Below, in pieces: positions 37,362-46,763 of a stretch of DNA of 64,000 nucleotides. This DNA is from an uncultured Gemmatimonadales bacterium (GTDB lineage Bacteria; Gemmatimonadota; Gemmatimonadetes; Gemmatimonadales; GWC2-71-9): NCBI GenBank assembly GCA_963842945.1, contig CAWJIM010000001.1:96001-160000 (forward strand). The letters are read 5' to 3'. The translations under genes and the position numbers were made by a program. Position 1 is the stretch's first letter; every line of letters starts with the position of its first letter. The notes under the pieces were generated by a model. That model had not been told where the DNA came from and ran no database searches. It saw only the letters and a list, made by a program, of their open reading frames with translations.

Positions 37362-37554
37362 GGATAAGCATCGAAGAACGAACGATTTCGCCTGCGCTGC
37401 CGACCTGAATTTATGGCCCGGCACCTTGCGGAAGCCCGATAATGTGCCGAAGTCGCTCGGGGATGTCAACGGCGGAATCTTTCTCCTGCCGGCTACCCGG
37501 GGTATTTCGGCTGAGGGAGGGCAACACTAATGCTCCCCCAAGAGCACGCAAGAC

Positions 37555-38847
37555 TCAATCGGGAGCAACCTCCCCGGCCCGCTCGAGCCCTCGACGGAAG
37601 AGGATCGGGCCCACTGACTCGTTGAAGGCGATCACCCCGATGGTCACGGCCTGCATGGCTAGACCGACCCGAGGCAGCCGGTCTGCGACGATGGCCGCGA
37701 GGCCGAGAGCCACCCCCGCCTGCGAGACCAACCCGGTCCAGCCGTAGCGCACCACCACCGGCTCGGCCCGGGCCAGACGGCCGGCCAGGGTGGCCGACCA
37801 CCGAATCGCGCCGACCCGCGCCAGCGCGATGAGCAGGACCAGCGGCCAGACCGCCGCGAATTCCTGGAGGTGCAGTTCCGCTCCCGCCATGGCGAAGAAG
37901 ATGACGAATACCGGTACTGCCGTCTGATGGAGGGCCTGAACCAGAGGCTCCGCGCGAACCGGCGCCACGTTCTCGACGAAAAAACCTGCCACCAGGAGAC
38001 TGAGTAGCAGCTCAAAATGAAGAGCCTGGGCCGCGGCAGCCGTAGCAAAGACGACGAGCACGGCAAACAGTACCAGCTCCCGCTTTACCAGGCGGAGATA
38101 GAGACTCACCACTGCTCCAACGAAGACACCGGCAGCAATCGACCCGATCACCTCGAGCAAAAGCCGGGTCATCGCGTCGGCCGCGCCGGCCACCGTCCCG
38201 GTCAGGCTGCCTCGGGCGAGACTGAACGCCCCGGTAAACAGCAGAATGACCAGCACGTCGGCCACCAGCACCACACCCAGGGTGGTCTTGGCCAAGGGTC
38301 CCGAGGCACGGGTTTCGGTCAGCATGGCCAGAGTGACCATGGGAGAGTTGACCGTCAGGAGAGTGGCGAAGAGGAGCGCCACGAAAAACAATGGGCCCTG
38401 ACTCAGACCCGAGAGGAAAGGCATCCAGGACCCGGCAAGAAGAGTGGTCCCCAGAAGAATCCCCAGCACGGCTGTAGTCTGTAGGGCCAGTATGAGACCT
38501 ATGGTTCGGTGGCGCTCCCGCAGATCCCTCATCCGCAGCTCGGCCCCGGCAAGGAGACCGATCAGGCCAACGGCCAGCCGCTTCATCATGGCGAGGTCTT
38601 CCAGCACTCCCGCCGGCACGATCCGCGCAACCGAAGGCCCCAGCACCAGCCCGGCGATCAGATATCCAACCAGGCGGGGCAGCTTGAGGTCGTGCGCCAG
38701 CGCACCAAAGGTGTCTGCGGTGAGCAGCAGAATGCCGAACAGGAACAGGGACCGAGGTGCGATCACCCCCTCAGTGGGCACCCGCAGGGGCTCGAGCAGC
38801 ACCGCGCCTCCAACCAGCAGGAGCAGAACCACGAGGCGTCGAATCAC
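37555..38847 (-). CDS. Cation:proton antiporter (CPA2), second of a tandem pair
   Basis: LPRLVGYLIAGLVLGPS, AGAEL, FFAMAGAEL, SQAGVALGLA; GTG start 38847. Confidence 0.82.
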   Translation of the reverse strand: MIRRLVVLLLLVGGAVLLEPLRVPTEGVIAPRSLFLFGILLLTADTFGALAHDLKLPRLVGYLIAGLVLGPSVARIVPAGVLEDLAMMKRLAVGLIGLLAGAELRMRDLRERHRTIGLILALQTTAVLGILLGTTLLAGSWMPFLSGLSQGPLFFVALLFATLLTVNSPMVTLAMLTETRASGPLAKTTLGVVLVADVLVILLFTGAFSLARGSLTGTVAGAADAMTRLLLEVIGSIAAGVFVGAVVSLYLRLVKRELVLFAVLVVFATAAAAQALHFELLLSLLVAGFFVENVAPVRAEPLVQALHQTAVPVFVIFFAMAGAELHLQEFAAVWPLVLLIALARVGAIRWSATLAGRLARAEPVVVRYGWTGLVSQAGVALGLAAIVADRLPRVGLAMQAVTIGVIAFNESVGPILFRRGLERAGEVAPD

Positions 38848-40053
38848 TTTGCTGCCGCCTCCGCCGCAGTCTGCCCTAGCAGGGTCCCACGCTTCCCTTC
38901 CCGCAACGATCTCAAACAGCAGCACCGACACCAGCGCTGCGGTGAGCACCAGGTCGGAATTGAGCTCAGGGTGGACCTGGGTGTAGTTGATGGCCAGCGC
39001 AACGGCCAGGCCTCCCTGGGCCAGCAGCGCCCGACCCAGACGAGGGCTTCTCAACGCCTCAAGACGGCTGCCTGCGATCCAGCCACCCACCACCCGGGCA
39101 GCGAGTCTCACCAGCACAAAGAGCGGAGCTATGAACAACAACTCTCGGGATCCCGGGCTCCAGGCCGCACCGGCGAAGATCAACAGCGCCAGGTAAACCG
39201 GCCTCTCCGTGGCGCGCAGCAGGCCGGTGACGTCGCCGTGAGCCCCGCCGGTGTTCGCCAGAATGAAGCCCAGAATCAGGTTGGTGAAGATGGGGGAAAG
39301 ATTCAGGTAGTAGCTGGCGCCACTGGCGATGACGATCGCCCCTGCCAATGCCACAAACAAACGGCTGCTACCCTCCGCCTCTTTCAGCTGACTCGGGGGG
39401 CCAAGGAATAGATGAAAGAGAACGCCGCAAGCGAGGCCTATCGCCAGGTTGATAACGGCCCACTCGGTTGCCGTGGGAGGGCGAACCGACGGCGCAACCT
39501 GGCCCTGGTGGTAAATCGCCAGGATCAGCCCGAAACCGGCGACCGCCACTAAGGCATCGATCCGCGCGGTGAGCTGAAGGATCGGCAATAGGGGCGACGC
39601 ATCGGTTCTTCGAGACAGGACGTCCACGGCGGCGGGGGAGCTCAAGGTCGCCATCGAGGCCAGGCTAACGGCCTGCACTATGGTCTCCGGCCAGACGGAC
39701 CCGACGACGCGAAAAAGCAGGATCAGGACGAACAGAGCGAAGAGGAAAGTACTGAAGGCTTCAGTGAATGCGGCCCGCAGATGCGTTGCCGGAATCAGGG
39801 CCATGCTGGGAACCCTGAAGTAGGTTCCCAAGAGCATTCCCAGCCAGCCCAGCGCCAGACTCACGATCGGGGTCAGATCCTGAACCTGCGCGGCGCCGAG
39901 GAGGCCAGTGACCCGGGGGCCCAGGAGGAAACCGATGATGACGTATTCGGCTCCGCCCACGTACCCGAACCGGTCGCGGAGCCGGTTGAAAACCAGGTAG
40001 GCCAGAATATACCCGACCGCAATGACCGCCAGCGCGGCCAGGGTGGTTTGCAT
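38844..40053 (-). CDS. Cation:proton antiporter-like membrane protein, first of a tandem pair
   Basis: Multi-TM, GFLLGP, ALGWLG, AQGGLAVALA; stop inferred from GTGA overlap after correcting one indel. Confidence 0.75.
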
Positions 40054-40219
40054 CCATCATGCTACCTGCGCCTCGGCAGCCGAGCTAGATGGTGACGCAG
40101 AACACGGTTCCATCTGACGCGATTCTTACGTTGGTCTCTGCTACGCTAGACTCGTACACTCCGGCCCGCACTCTCGACGATTGTCGCCATACCGCCCCGG
40201 CACACGCAAGGAGATCACA

Positions 40220-40744
40220 ATGGCAAGGCTCAACTCGCTGGACGACCTTCTCGTTCACGAACTGCAGGACATCTACAACGCGGAAAATCAGATCCTTAAG
40301 GCGCTGCCGAAGATGATCAAGGCGGCGTCGCATCCGGAGCTGCAGAGCGCCTTCGAAGAGCATCTGGAGCAGACCGAGGGCCAGGTCGAGCGGCTGGATC
40401 AGGTGTTCAAGCTGCTGGGCGTTCCGGCGAAGGGAAAGAAGTGCGAGGGCATGGCTGGACTGCTCGAAGAGGGCAAGAAGACCATGGAGGAAGATGCTGA
40501 CCCGTCGGTGATGGATGCGGCCCTGATTTCGGCGGCACAGAAGGTCGAGCACTACGAGATCGCCAGCTACGGCTGCGTCTGCACTTACGCCGAGATGCTG
40601 GGTTACGATCAGGTGCACGACCTGCTCGGTCAGAATCTGGAGGAAGAGGAAGTCACCGACGAGAAGCTGACCGAGCTGGCCGAAAGCGTCATCAACATTG
40701 AAGCCGAAGAGGCGGAGGACGCGGAAGAGGAAGCCTCACGGTGA
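40220..40744 (+). CDS. YciE/YciF ferritin-like protein (DUF892)
   Basis: ELQDIYNAENQ, HLEQTEGQVERL, AQKVEHYEIASYG; AAGGAG SD. Confidence 0.92.
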   Translation: MARLNSLDDLLVHELQDIYNAENQILKALPKMIKAASHPELQSAFEEHLEQTEGQVERLDQVFKLLGVPAKGKKCEGMAGLLEEGKKTMEEDADPSVMDAALISAAQKVEHYEIASYGCVCTYAEMLGYDQVHDLLGQNLEEEEVTDEKLTELAESVINIEAEEAEDAEEEASR

Positions 40745-41226
40745 GCACTGGGGCCAGTCGGGACAGTGGAGCTGACAGCGTGGACGATGTGGCGTCCACG
40801 CTGAATCGGCTGATCCAGACGTGCAAGGATGGAGAGAACGGATTCAAGGTTGCGGCCCAGTCGGTCGACGACCTCAACCTCCAGCATTTGCTTCAGAGCT
40901 ATTCGCAGCAACGCAGCGAGTTTGCTGCCGAGCTACAGTCCGAGGTCCAGCGTCTCGATCAGGAGCCGGCTCGAGCGGGGCACCTAGCAGCCGCGCTCCA
41001 CCGGGGATGGATGGACATCAAGTCGCTCGCTGCGGGGCGGGACGAAGCTGCGATCATCGCCGAGTGCGAGCGGGGCGAGGATGTGGCCGTGAAGGCGTAT
41101 GAGCAGGCCATGGGGTCGGAGCTTCCAGCGGACCTCCGGGCCCTGGTGGAGCGGCAGTTTTTCAAAGTCAAAGAAGCTCACGATCAGATCCGCTCACTGG
41201 AGCAGATCCATAGCCGGCACCGCTAA
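40741..41226 (+). CDS. PA2169-family four-helix-bundle protein (DUF2383)
   Basis: LNRLIQTCKDGENGF, LHRGWMDIK, ECERGED. Confidence 0.9.
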   Translation: MSTGASRDSGADSVDDVASTLNRLIQTCKDGENGFKVAAQSVDDLNLQHLLQSYSQQRSEFAAELQSEVQRLDQEPARAGHLAAALHRGWMDIKSLAAGRDEAAIIAECERGEDVAVKAYEQAMGSELPADLRALVERQFFKVKEAHDQIRSLEQIHSRHR

Positions 41227-41249
41227 GGGCGACCGGCGGAAAGTCTGAG

Positions 41250-41660
41250 TCAATTCTTGAGAAAGGATTGACCCCGCCCGGACTCTCCGGACGGGTTGGC
41301 CAGCAGCCGCTCGGCGAAATCCACCCGCTCAGCGAGCTCCGCCACTTCGCCGCGTAGCGCGGAGAGCTCTTCAATTATCTCGGCCGGAACCTCGCCCTGA
41401 CGAAGGGAAGGCTGCTCGGGATCCCAGATGCACACCAATTTGCCCTGGACATCCCGGAACGATCCTCCGGCGATCATGATGAGATCATACAGGTACCAGA
41501 GACCCGCGCCGCCGAGGGTGCATAGCATCAGGACGCCGGTGCCGGTCTTGCCCACGTAAAATCGATGAGCCCCGAACGGCCCCAGGATGGCCGCCAGTGC
41601 GAGCGCAACCCCGCGTGACTTTTCAGAGCTTCCTGCGGGCGTTTCTATGGAACCGGTCAT
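41250..41660 (-). CDS. TM2-domain protein with C-terminal coiled coil
   Basis: KSRGVALAL, GAHRFYVGKTGTG, YDLI; tail ELAERVDFAERLL. Confidence 0.85.
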   Translation of the reverse strand: MTGSIETPAGSSEKSRGVALALAAILGPFGAHRFYVGKTGTGVLMLCTLGGAGLWYLYDLIMIAGGSFRDVQGKLVCIWDPEQPSLRQGEVPAEIIEELSALRGEVAELAERVDFAERLLANPSGESGRGQSFLKN

Positions 41661-41683
41661 GGATGTCCCCAGGTGAACGAGAA

Positions 41684-41757
41684 TGCGCCCGGCAGGATTC
41701 GAACCTGCGACCCACAGCTTAGAAGGCTGTTGCTCTATCCAACTGAGCTACGGGCGC
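41684..41757 (-). tRNA. tRNA-Arg (TCT)
   Basis: Cloverleaf GCGCCCGTAGCTCAGTTGGATAGAGC, anticodon loop CTTCTAA, GGTTCGAATCC; CCA not encoded. Confidence 0.95.
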
Positions 41758-41918
41758 CCACGAAACCCTTCAAACTCCGCCCCTGGCTACCCCCACCACG
41801 GTTGCCTTTCCCGGCTGATTCCTCGGTGGGACTGGATTTTCCAGCTCTGACCTAGAATCTTGCAGTACCCCCCAGAAATTGACTGGCCATCACGACCGGT
41901 TCCCAGCTCGAGGACTCA

Positions 41919-42371
41919 ATGAAACGCTTCTCCCCCGTTGTATTCAAAATTCGGGCTGGTCTGGCAGAGTACTTCGAGCTGTTCATGACGACCGCCGGGG
42001 TGCTGTTGGCCATCTTCATAACCTTGAGCGAGCTCTCCCGCGGTGAGCAAGGGATGGCGCTGATCTTTCTGATCTGGCTCCAGGGCTTCATCCTGTGGGC
42101 CGTGCACCGCCACTGCGTCCTCCGAAGTCGGGCTCTGATCCAGAAGATGCGGCTCATGGTCCAGGACCGGGTCAATAATCGGTTGACGGTTTGGCTCAGT
42201 CTCACCGACGTGCAGGCCCGCATTGCCGCTGAAGCCGGCCGGGAAGACCGGGAATCTGTGTCGCTGGCCGCCGCCCGGGCCGTGTCGCTGGAGCTGGAGA
42301 AGCTCTCATTCGAGTCGCTCCGCACCTGGGAGCGGCGCAACGCCCGGTTCCTCTACTCTCGCCTCCTCTAG
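41919..42371 (+). CDS. Hypothetical two-TM membrane protein
   Basis: 150 aa, GAGGA SD before ATG, two hydrophobic segments then helical cytoplasmic tail. Confidence 0.75.
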   Translation: MKRFSPVVFKIRAGLAEYFELFMTTAGVLLAIFITLSELSRGEQGMALIFLIWLQGFILWAVHRHCVLRSRALIQKMRLMVQDRVNNRLTVWLSLTDVQARIAAEAGREDRESVSLAAARAVSLELEKLSFESLRTWERRNARFLYSRLL

Positions 42372-42439
42372 TCTCCCGGACCGCTGCCTCCGGAGCCCGC
42401 AGGCTGCGTTGGGGATCCGGAGGCCAGGTACTCGTCACA

Positions 42440-42513
42440 TCGGGGCGCCGGGATTCGAACCCGGGACCTCCTGCTCCCAAAGCAGGCGCGCTACCGGACT
42501 GCGCCACACCCCG
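42440..42513 (-). tRNA. tRNA-Pro (TGG)
   Basis: CGGGGTGTGGCGCAGTCCGGTAGCGC, stem CCTGC-TTTGGGA-GCAGG, GGTTCGAATCC. Confidence 0.95.
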
Positions 42514-42548
42514 TAGAGGCTGCTGCAAAATAGCCAGGCTGCCCTAGG

Positions 42549-43184
42549 TCAAGCGCCGGCACAGAAGTCTTCAACGCCTGCAGCGAAGGCCCGCAAGGCC
42601 CGGCCGCGGTGGCTGACCGCATCCTTCTCCTCGGCGGTGGCCTCGCCGAAAGTCTTGCCCAGCTCGTCGCTGAAGAACAGCGGATCGTACCCGAAGCCGC
42701 CGGTGCCCGCGGGCGCCTCCAGGATCCGCCCGGCGCAGTCGCCGTAGCACACGGGAGGAACAGCGCCGGCCGAGCGTGAGAAATACGCAGCACGCAGCGA
42801 TAGCGTGCCACGCCGCCGGGCATCGGCAGCGCCGGCCAGCCGGCGGAGCAGCTCGGCGTTGTTGGCCGCGTCCACCTCCAGCCGCGGTGCCGCGAGGCCC
42901 GGCCCAGCGTTTCGAGCGGACGCCGGGCGCTCCGCCCAGCGCGAATACCTCGAGTCCGGAATCGTCGGCGAGCGTGGGCAAGCCGGTCAGGCGGGCAAAG
43001 TACTCCGCCTTCCGGCGGGCGTTCGCCTCGAAGGTGTCGGCAGCTTCGAGCGCATCGTCTTCGAGTTCGACTCGCGAAGCCGATATCGCTCGGGGAAGAC
43101 CACCTCGATGCCCGCCGGCCGCGAGGATCCGGCGGAATCTCCGCCTGCTTGCCGCGCGCTCCGCGTGGCGGCGAGCAGCTTCAC
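42549..43184 (-). CDS. rdgB: Non-canonical purine NTP pyrophosphatase (frameshifted)
   Basis: [40 protein letters not shown]. Confidence 0.9.
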
Positions 43185-43890
43185 CAGCCGAGCGCCTTCC
43201 GCTGGGCCCCGAACAGCTCGGCGATGCCCCGCTCGGCGAGATCGAGCAGCGTGTCCAGCTGGCCCCGGGTGAAGGTGCCGTGCTCGCCGGTCCCCTGCAC
43301 TTCGACGAACTCGGTCGGGCTCCAGCATCACGACGTTGGCGTCCACGCCGGCGTCCTTGTCCTCGGATAGGCCAGGTCGAGCCGGATCTCGCCCTCGATG
43401 ATCCCGACCGACACGGCGGCCACCAGCTGTGCCAAAGGGTGAGGGCTGCCCGGTCCGTCCGCCAGCCAGGCGCAGGCATCGGCCAGCGCCACGCAGCCGC
43501 CGGTGATGCGGCGGTGCGCGTCCCGCCGTCCGCCTGGAGCACGTCGCAGTCCACCCGGATGGTGAACTCGCCGAACGCCATGGTCGGCATCGCCGCCCGG
43601 AGCAGCGGCCGATCAGCCGCTGAATCTCCTGGGTCCGGCCTCCCGGTCCGTTCCGCTCGCGGGGGGTGCGCTCCACGGTTGCGCGCGGCAGCATGGCGTA
43701 CTCCGCCGTGACCCAGCCCTCGCCGGTGCCCTTCTTGAAGCCGGGCACGCCGGTTTCGACGCTCGCGGTGCAATGGACCAGCGTGCCGCCCAACCGGATC
43801 AGGCAGGACCCCTCGGCGTAGGGATTGGCACGCGCGCTCGAGCACGAGCGGGCGCAGCTGGTCGGTGGTGCGGCCGTCAGGACGAGGCAC
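43181..43890 (-). CDS. rph: Ribonuclease PH (frameshifted)
   Basis: [48 protein letters not shown]. Confidence 0.92.
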
Positions 43891-44357
43891 GAAGACGCTC
43901 CACGATAGTTGGAGGTGGAGAAGCCGGGGACCAGCGGAACGCGCACGACCCGCCCGCCCCGGGATTCCACCAGATCGGCTCCGACGATGGCGCTCGCGGG
44001 GTAGTCGGCGCCCTTGACCAGCACGTCCGGCGCAAGCGCCTGATGAGCTCGAGCGGCGTGTCCTCGTCGAAGAGCACCACACAGTCCACCGCCGCCAGCG
44101 CGGCCAGGACGCGGGCCCGCGCTGCTTCACCGTTGCACCGGCCGGTCGCTGCCCTTGCCCAGCCGGCGCACCGAGGCGTCGCTGTTCACGCCCGACGATC
44201 GAGCGCGTCCCTTCCCGGCGCGCGCTTCGAGCAGCTCGACGTGGCCGGGGTGCAGCAGGTCGAACACGCCGTTGGTGAAGACCACGCGGCCCGCCTGCCG
44301 GGCTCGCCAGGCCACGGCCTCCGACGAGCGCATCACTTTCGGCTTGCTGTCGATCAT
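43877..44357 (-). CDS. rfaE2: D-glycero-beta-D-manno-heptose 1-phosphate adenylyltransferase (frameshifted)
   Basis: [42 protein letters not shown]. Confidence 0.88.
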
Positions 44358-45570
44358 GCCGGAGTCAGGGGCCGGGACCCCGAAGAGCAGCTTCAGACCG
44401 GGAGGCGCGACGAAGGTCGTCGCCATGATCATGAGCAGAATGGCGCCGAACACGGCCTCATTCAAAATGCCCGCCCGCCGGCCGATGTCGGCAAAGATCA
44501 GTCCGACCTCTCCCCGGGGAATCATCCCCACCCCAACCACAAGCCGTCGAAACTGAGCCCAGGGCGCGGCCCATCCGGCTGCGACCTTGCCGACAATCGC
44601 AAGCAGGGTCAGCGCCAGCGCTACTCCCAGCAGTCCCGCAGCTCCCTCCCGGATGGGATCGAGCAGCCGAAGGTTGACGGAGGCGCCAACACTCACAAAG
44701 AAGATGGGAGTGAAGTATCGAGCGCCACCGGCCGGACCTCGCGCTCGATGGTGTCGAACTGGTTGATACCCGAGAGAATCAACCCTGCGGCAAAGGCGCC
44801 GATGATGAGAGCTGAGCCGGCCATGTCGGCGACGGCCGACAATCCGAGCACAAACGCGATGGCAGCGACCAGCAGTACGTAACGGACCCGCATCCGGACA
44901 ACCAGATCGAACAGCTTCGGCGCGAGGAACCGTCCCGCCAAGACGGCGACTACCAGGAAGCCGACCGCGACGGTAAAGATGCGCAGTATCTCAAGGGCGC
45001 GATGGCCGCTCCGGCCGCCAACCCCGACACGACCGACAGGATCACCAGGCCAAAGACATCGTCTATGACGGCGGCCCCGATAATGATCCGCGCCTCCAGC
45101 GTATTCATCCGCCGGAGGTCGGACAGAACCCGCGCGGTAATGCCGACCGATGTGGCGGTCAGCGTGGCGCCCACGAAAATGGCAGCGGTGGTCAGGTCCG
45201 TGGAGCCGCCACTGGCGGCGTGGGGCACATACGCCCAGTAGAGGAATCCGAAGAAGAACGGGAGCACGACGCCTACGGTGGCGACCGCCAGTGAGGCGGT
45301 ACCGACCCGGAACATCTCCCGCAGGTCCGTTTCGAGTCCGATCTCGAAGAGCAGGAGCACGACTCCCAACTCCGCGAGTACGTGCACCACCTCTCCCATG
45401 GCCCCGTGGTGGGACAATTCCGAGCACGCTTCCGCCAAGCAGAACGCCGGCGAGCAACTCACCGAGCACCGCCGGCTGGCCCACCCGTTCCGCCAGCTCA
45501 CCCAGCACCTTCGCGGCCACCAGTACGCCGCGAGCGTCAGGAACAAGCCGGGAATGGAGAGCTCGTGCAC
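44354..45570 (-). CDS. Cation:proton antiporter (CPA2, NhaS3/KefB-like; frameshifted)
   Basis: [51 protein letters not shown]. Confidence 0.88.
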
Positions 45571-45595
45571 GGCTAGACCCGAGCCGCGGGGGAGT

Positions 45596-46090
45596 TCACC
45601 ACTGAGACTGAGCGCCTTCGACGATATTTACGACCAGATCGTCCAGGGCTTTCCTCCGGCCGTTGGCCTCCTGTCCCTGCTCGTAGGTCCCGCGTACGGT
45701 GAGCCCGTTCCGCTGCCAGAGCGGTTTACCCTGTCGCTGGTCGAGAATCTCGACGGACACAGTAATCTGGAGCTCGCGTTGGGTGACGGTCACAGTGCTG
45801 TCGCCTCCAGCGTAGGCCACCGGGAGATCGGGCTCGTAGCGGGTGATCGAGCCCCGGACCACAGCGTCCGCCCGCGGCTCGGCGGCCTGCCGAAGGCCCA
45901 GTCTCTGCTCCACAGCCTCGCGAACCGCTCGGGAAATTTCCTGGGTCAGCGTCGGGTCCGGCGTCTGATTGTCGAAGGGGAGGACGGCGACCGTCTTGAT
46001 TGCAGGGGGTAAGCCACCGCCCGCAAAACCATAGCAGCCGAGAGTGAGCAGAGTACTAAGGCTTACGAGTAATCCAGATATCAGGCGCAA
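45596..46090 (-). CDS. lptE: LPS assembly lipoprotein LptE-like
   Basis: Lipobox LTLGC then YGF, TVAVLPFDNQT, ADAVVRGSI, C-terminal W. Confidence 0.75.
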   Translation of the reverse strand: MRLISGLLVSLSTLLTLGCYGFAGGGLPPAIKTVAVLPFDNQTPDPTLTQEISRAVREAVEQRLGLRQAAEPRADAVVRGSITRYEPDLPVAYAGGDSTVTVTQRELQITVSVEILDQRQGKPLWQRNGLTVRGTYEQGQEANGRRKALDDLVVNIVEGAQSQW

Positions 46091-46763
46091 AGGTGTCCCG
46101 CGTTATGGAGAGAAACGTAATGTCCAGCTGAGCCGGCCCGCTGGGTACAGTGAGCCTGGCTTTGAGCGGAGCTCCATCCGGCCCCAGAGTCGTTTCGGCG
46201 CGACCGATCAGCGTGCCCGCCTGGTGAACCTCGGCAACCAGCCGGCCGTCATCTCCTGCGCTCCTGGCGTACTCTACCGTGTCCCGTGCTCCAGCAAACT
46301 GCCAAGCTTGGGTAGAAGATGTACTCAGCGCGCGAACAGTCACGCTTTCCGCCGGCATTCGCGCCACGCCGAACATGGCCCACATCAGCGGATAGTTCGG
46401 GACCAGGCGGGCAATGGCGTCGGCCGGGTCGGTCCAGAGTGCCCGATCACCGATCACCACGGCGGAAGCTCCCCCGCTTCCGAACGGACCTGCCACATCG
46501 AATCGCAGGGAGTCAGGTGGGGCGACTCGCACCGCTCCGTGGCCGCCCGCACTTCCCCGCTCGTCTCGCAGGAGCCACTTGAATCGGTAGACCTGATGAG
46601 CCGCCGGCACTGTGGCTTCGACCCAGGGAGCGACTTCGGCCAAAGTTGCTGGCCGTGCTCCGACCGGCATCACTGGCTCCGGTGCGTTTCGGCAGGCCAT
46701 CGCGGCCGAGCCAAGATAGAGGAGCAGGACTGGAGGGTCAACCCGAAAACGTTGTCCCATCAA
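46056..46763 (-). CDS. Hypothetical lipoprotein (possible LolA/LolB-like fold)
   Basis: Lipobox-like AMAC; PPDSLRFDVAGPFG; beta-rich pattern. Confidence 0.65.
   Translation of the reverse strand: MMGQRFRVDPPVLLLYLGSAAMACRNAPEPVMPVGARPATLAEVAPWVEATVPAAHQVYRFKWLLRDERGSAGGHGAVRVAPPDSLRFDVAGPFGSGGASAVVIGDRALWTDPADAIARLVPNYPLMWAMFGVARMPAESVTVRALSTSSTQAWQFAGARDTVEYARSAGDDGRLVAEVHQAGTLIGRAETTLGPDGAPLKARLTVPSGPAQLDITFLSITRDTFAPDIWITRKP

Noticed and set aside
37555..40053. Single 832-aa double-CPA2 fusion protein
   Set aside because: One indel near 38885 restores a natural C-terminus with a GTGA stop/start overlap; two genes are more likely
40085..42513. Genomic island or prophage at tRNA-Arg/tRNA-Pro
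   Set aside because: No integrase, phage gene or duplicated tRNA 3' end seen
44127..44696. Antiporter::rfaE2 in-frame fusion
   Set aside because: ATGA overlap at 44354-44357 in an indel-rich area suggests two coupled genes
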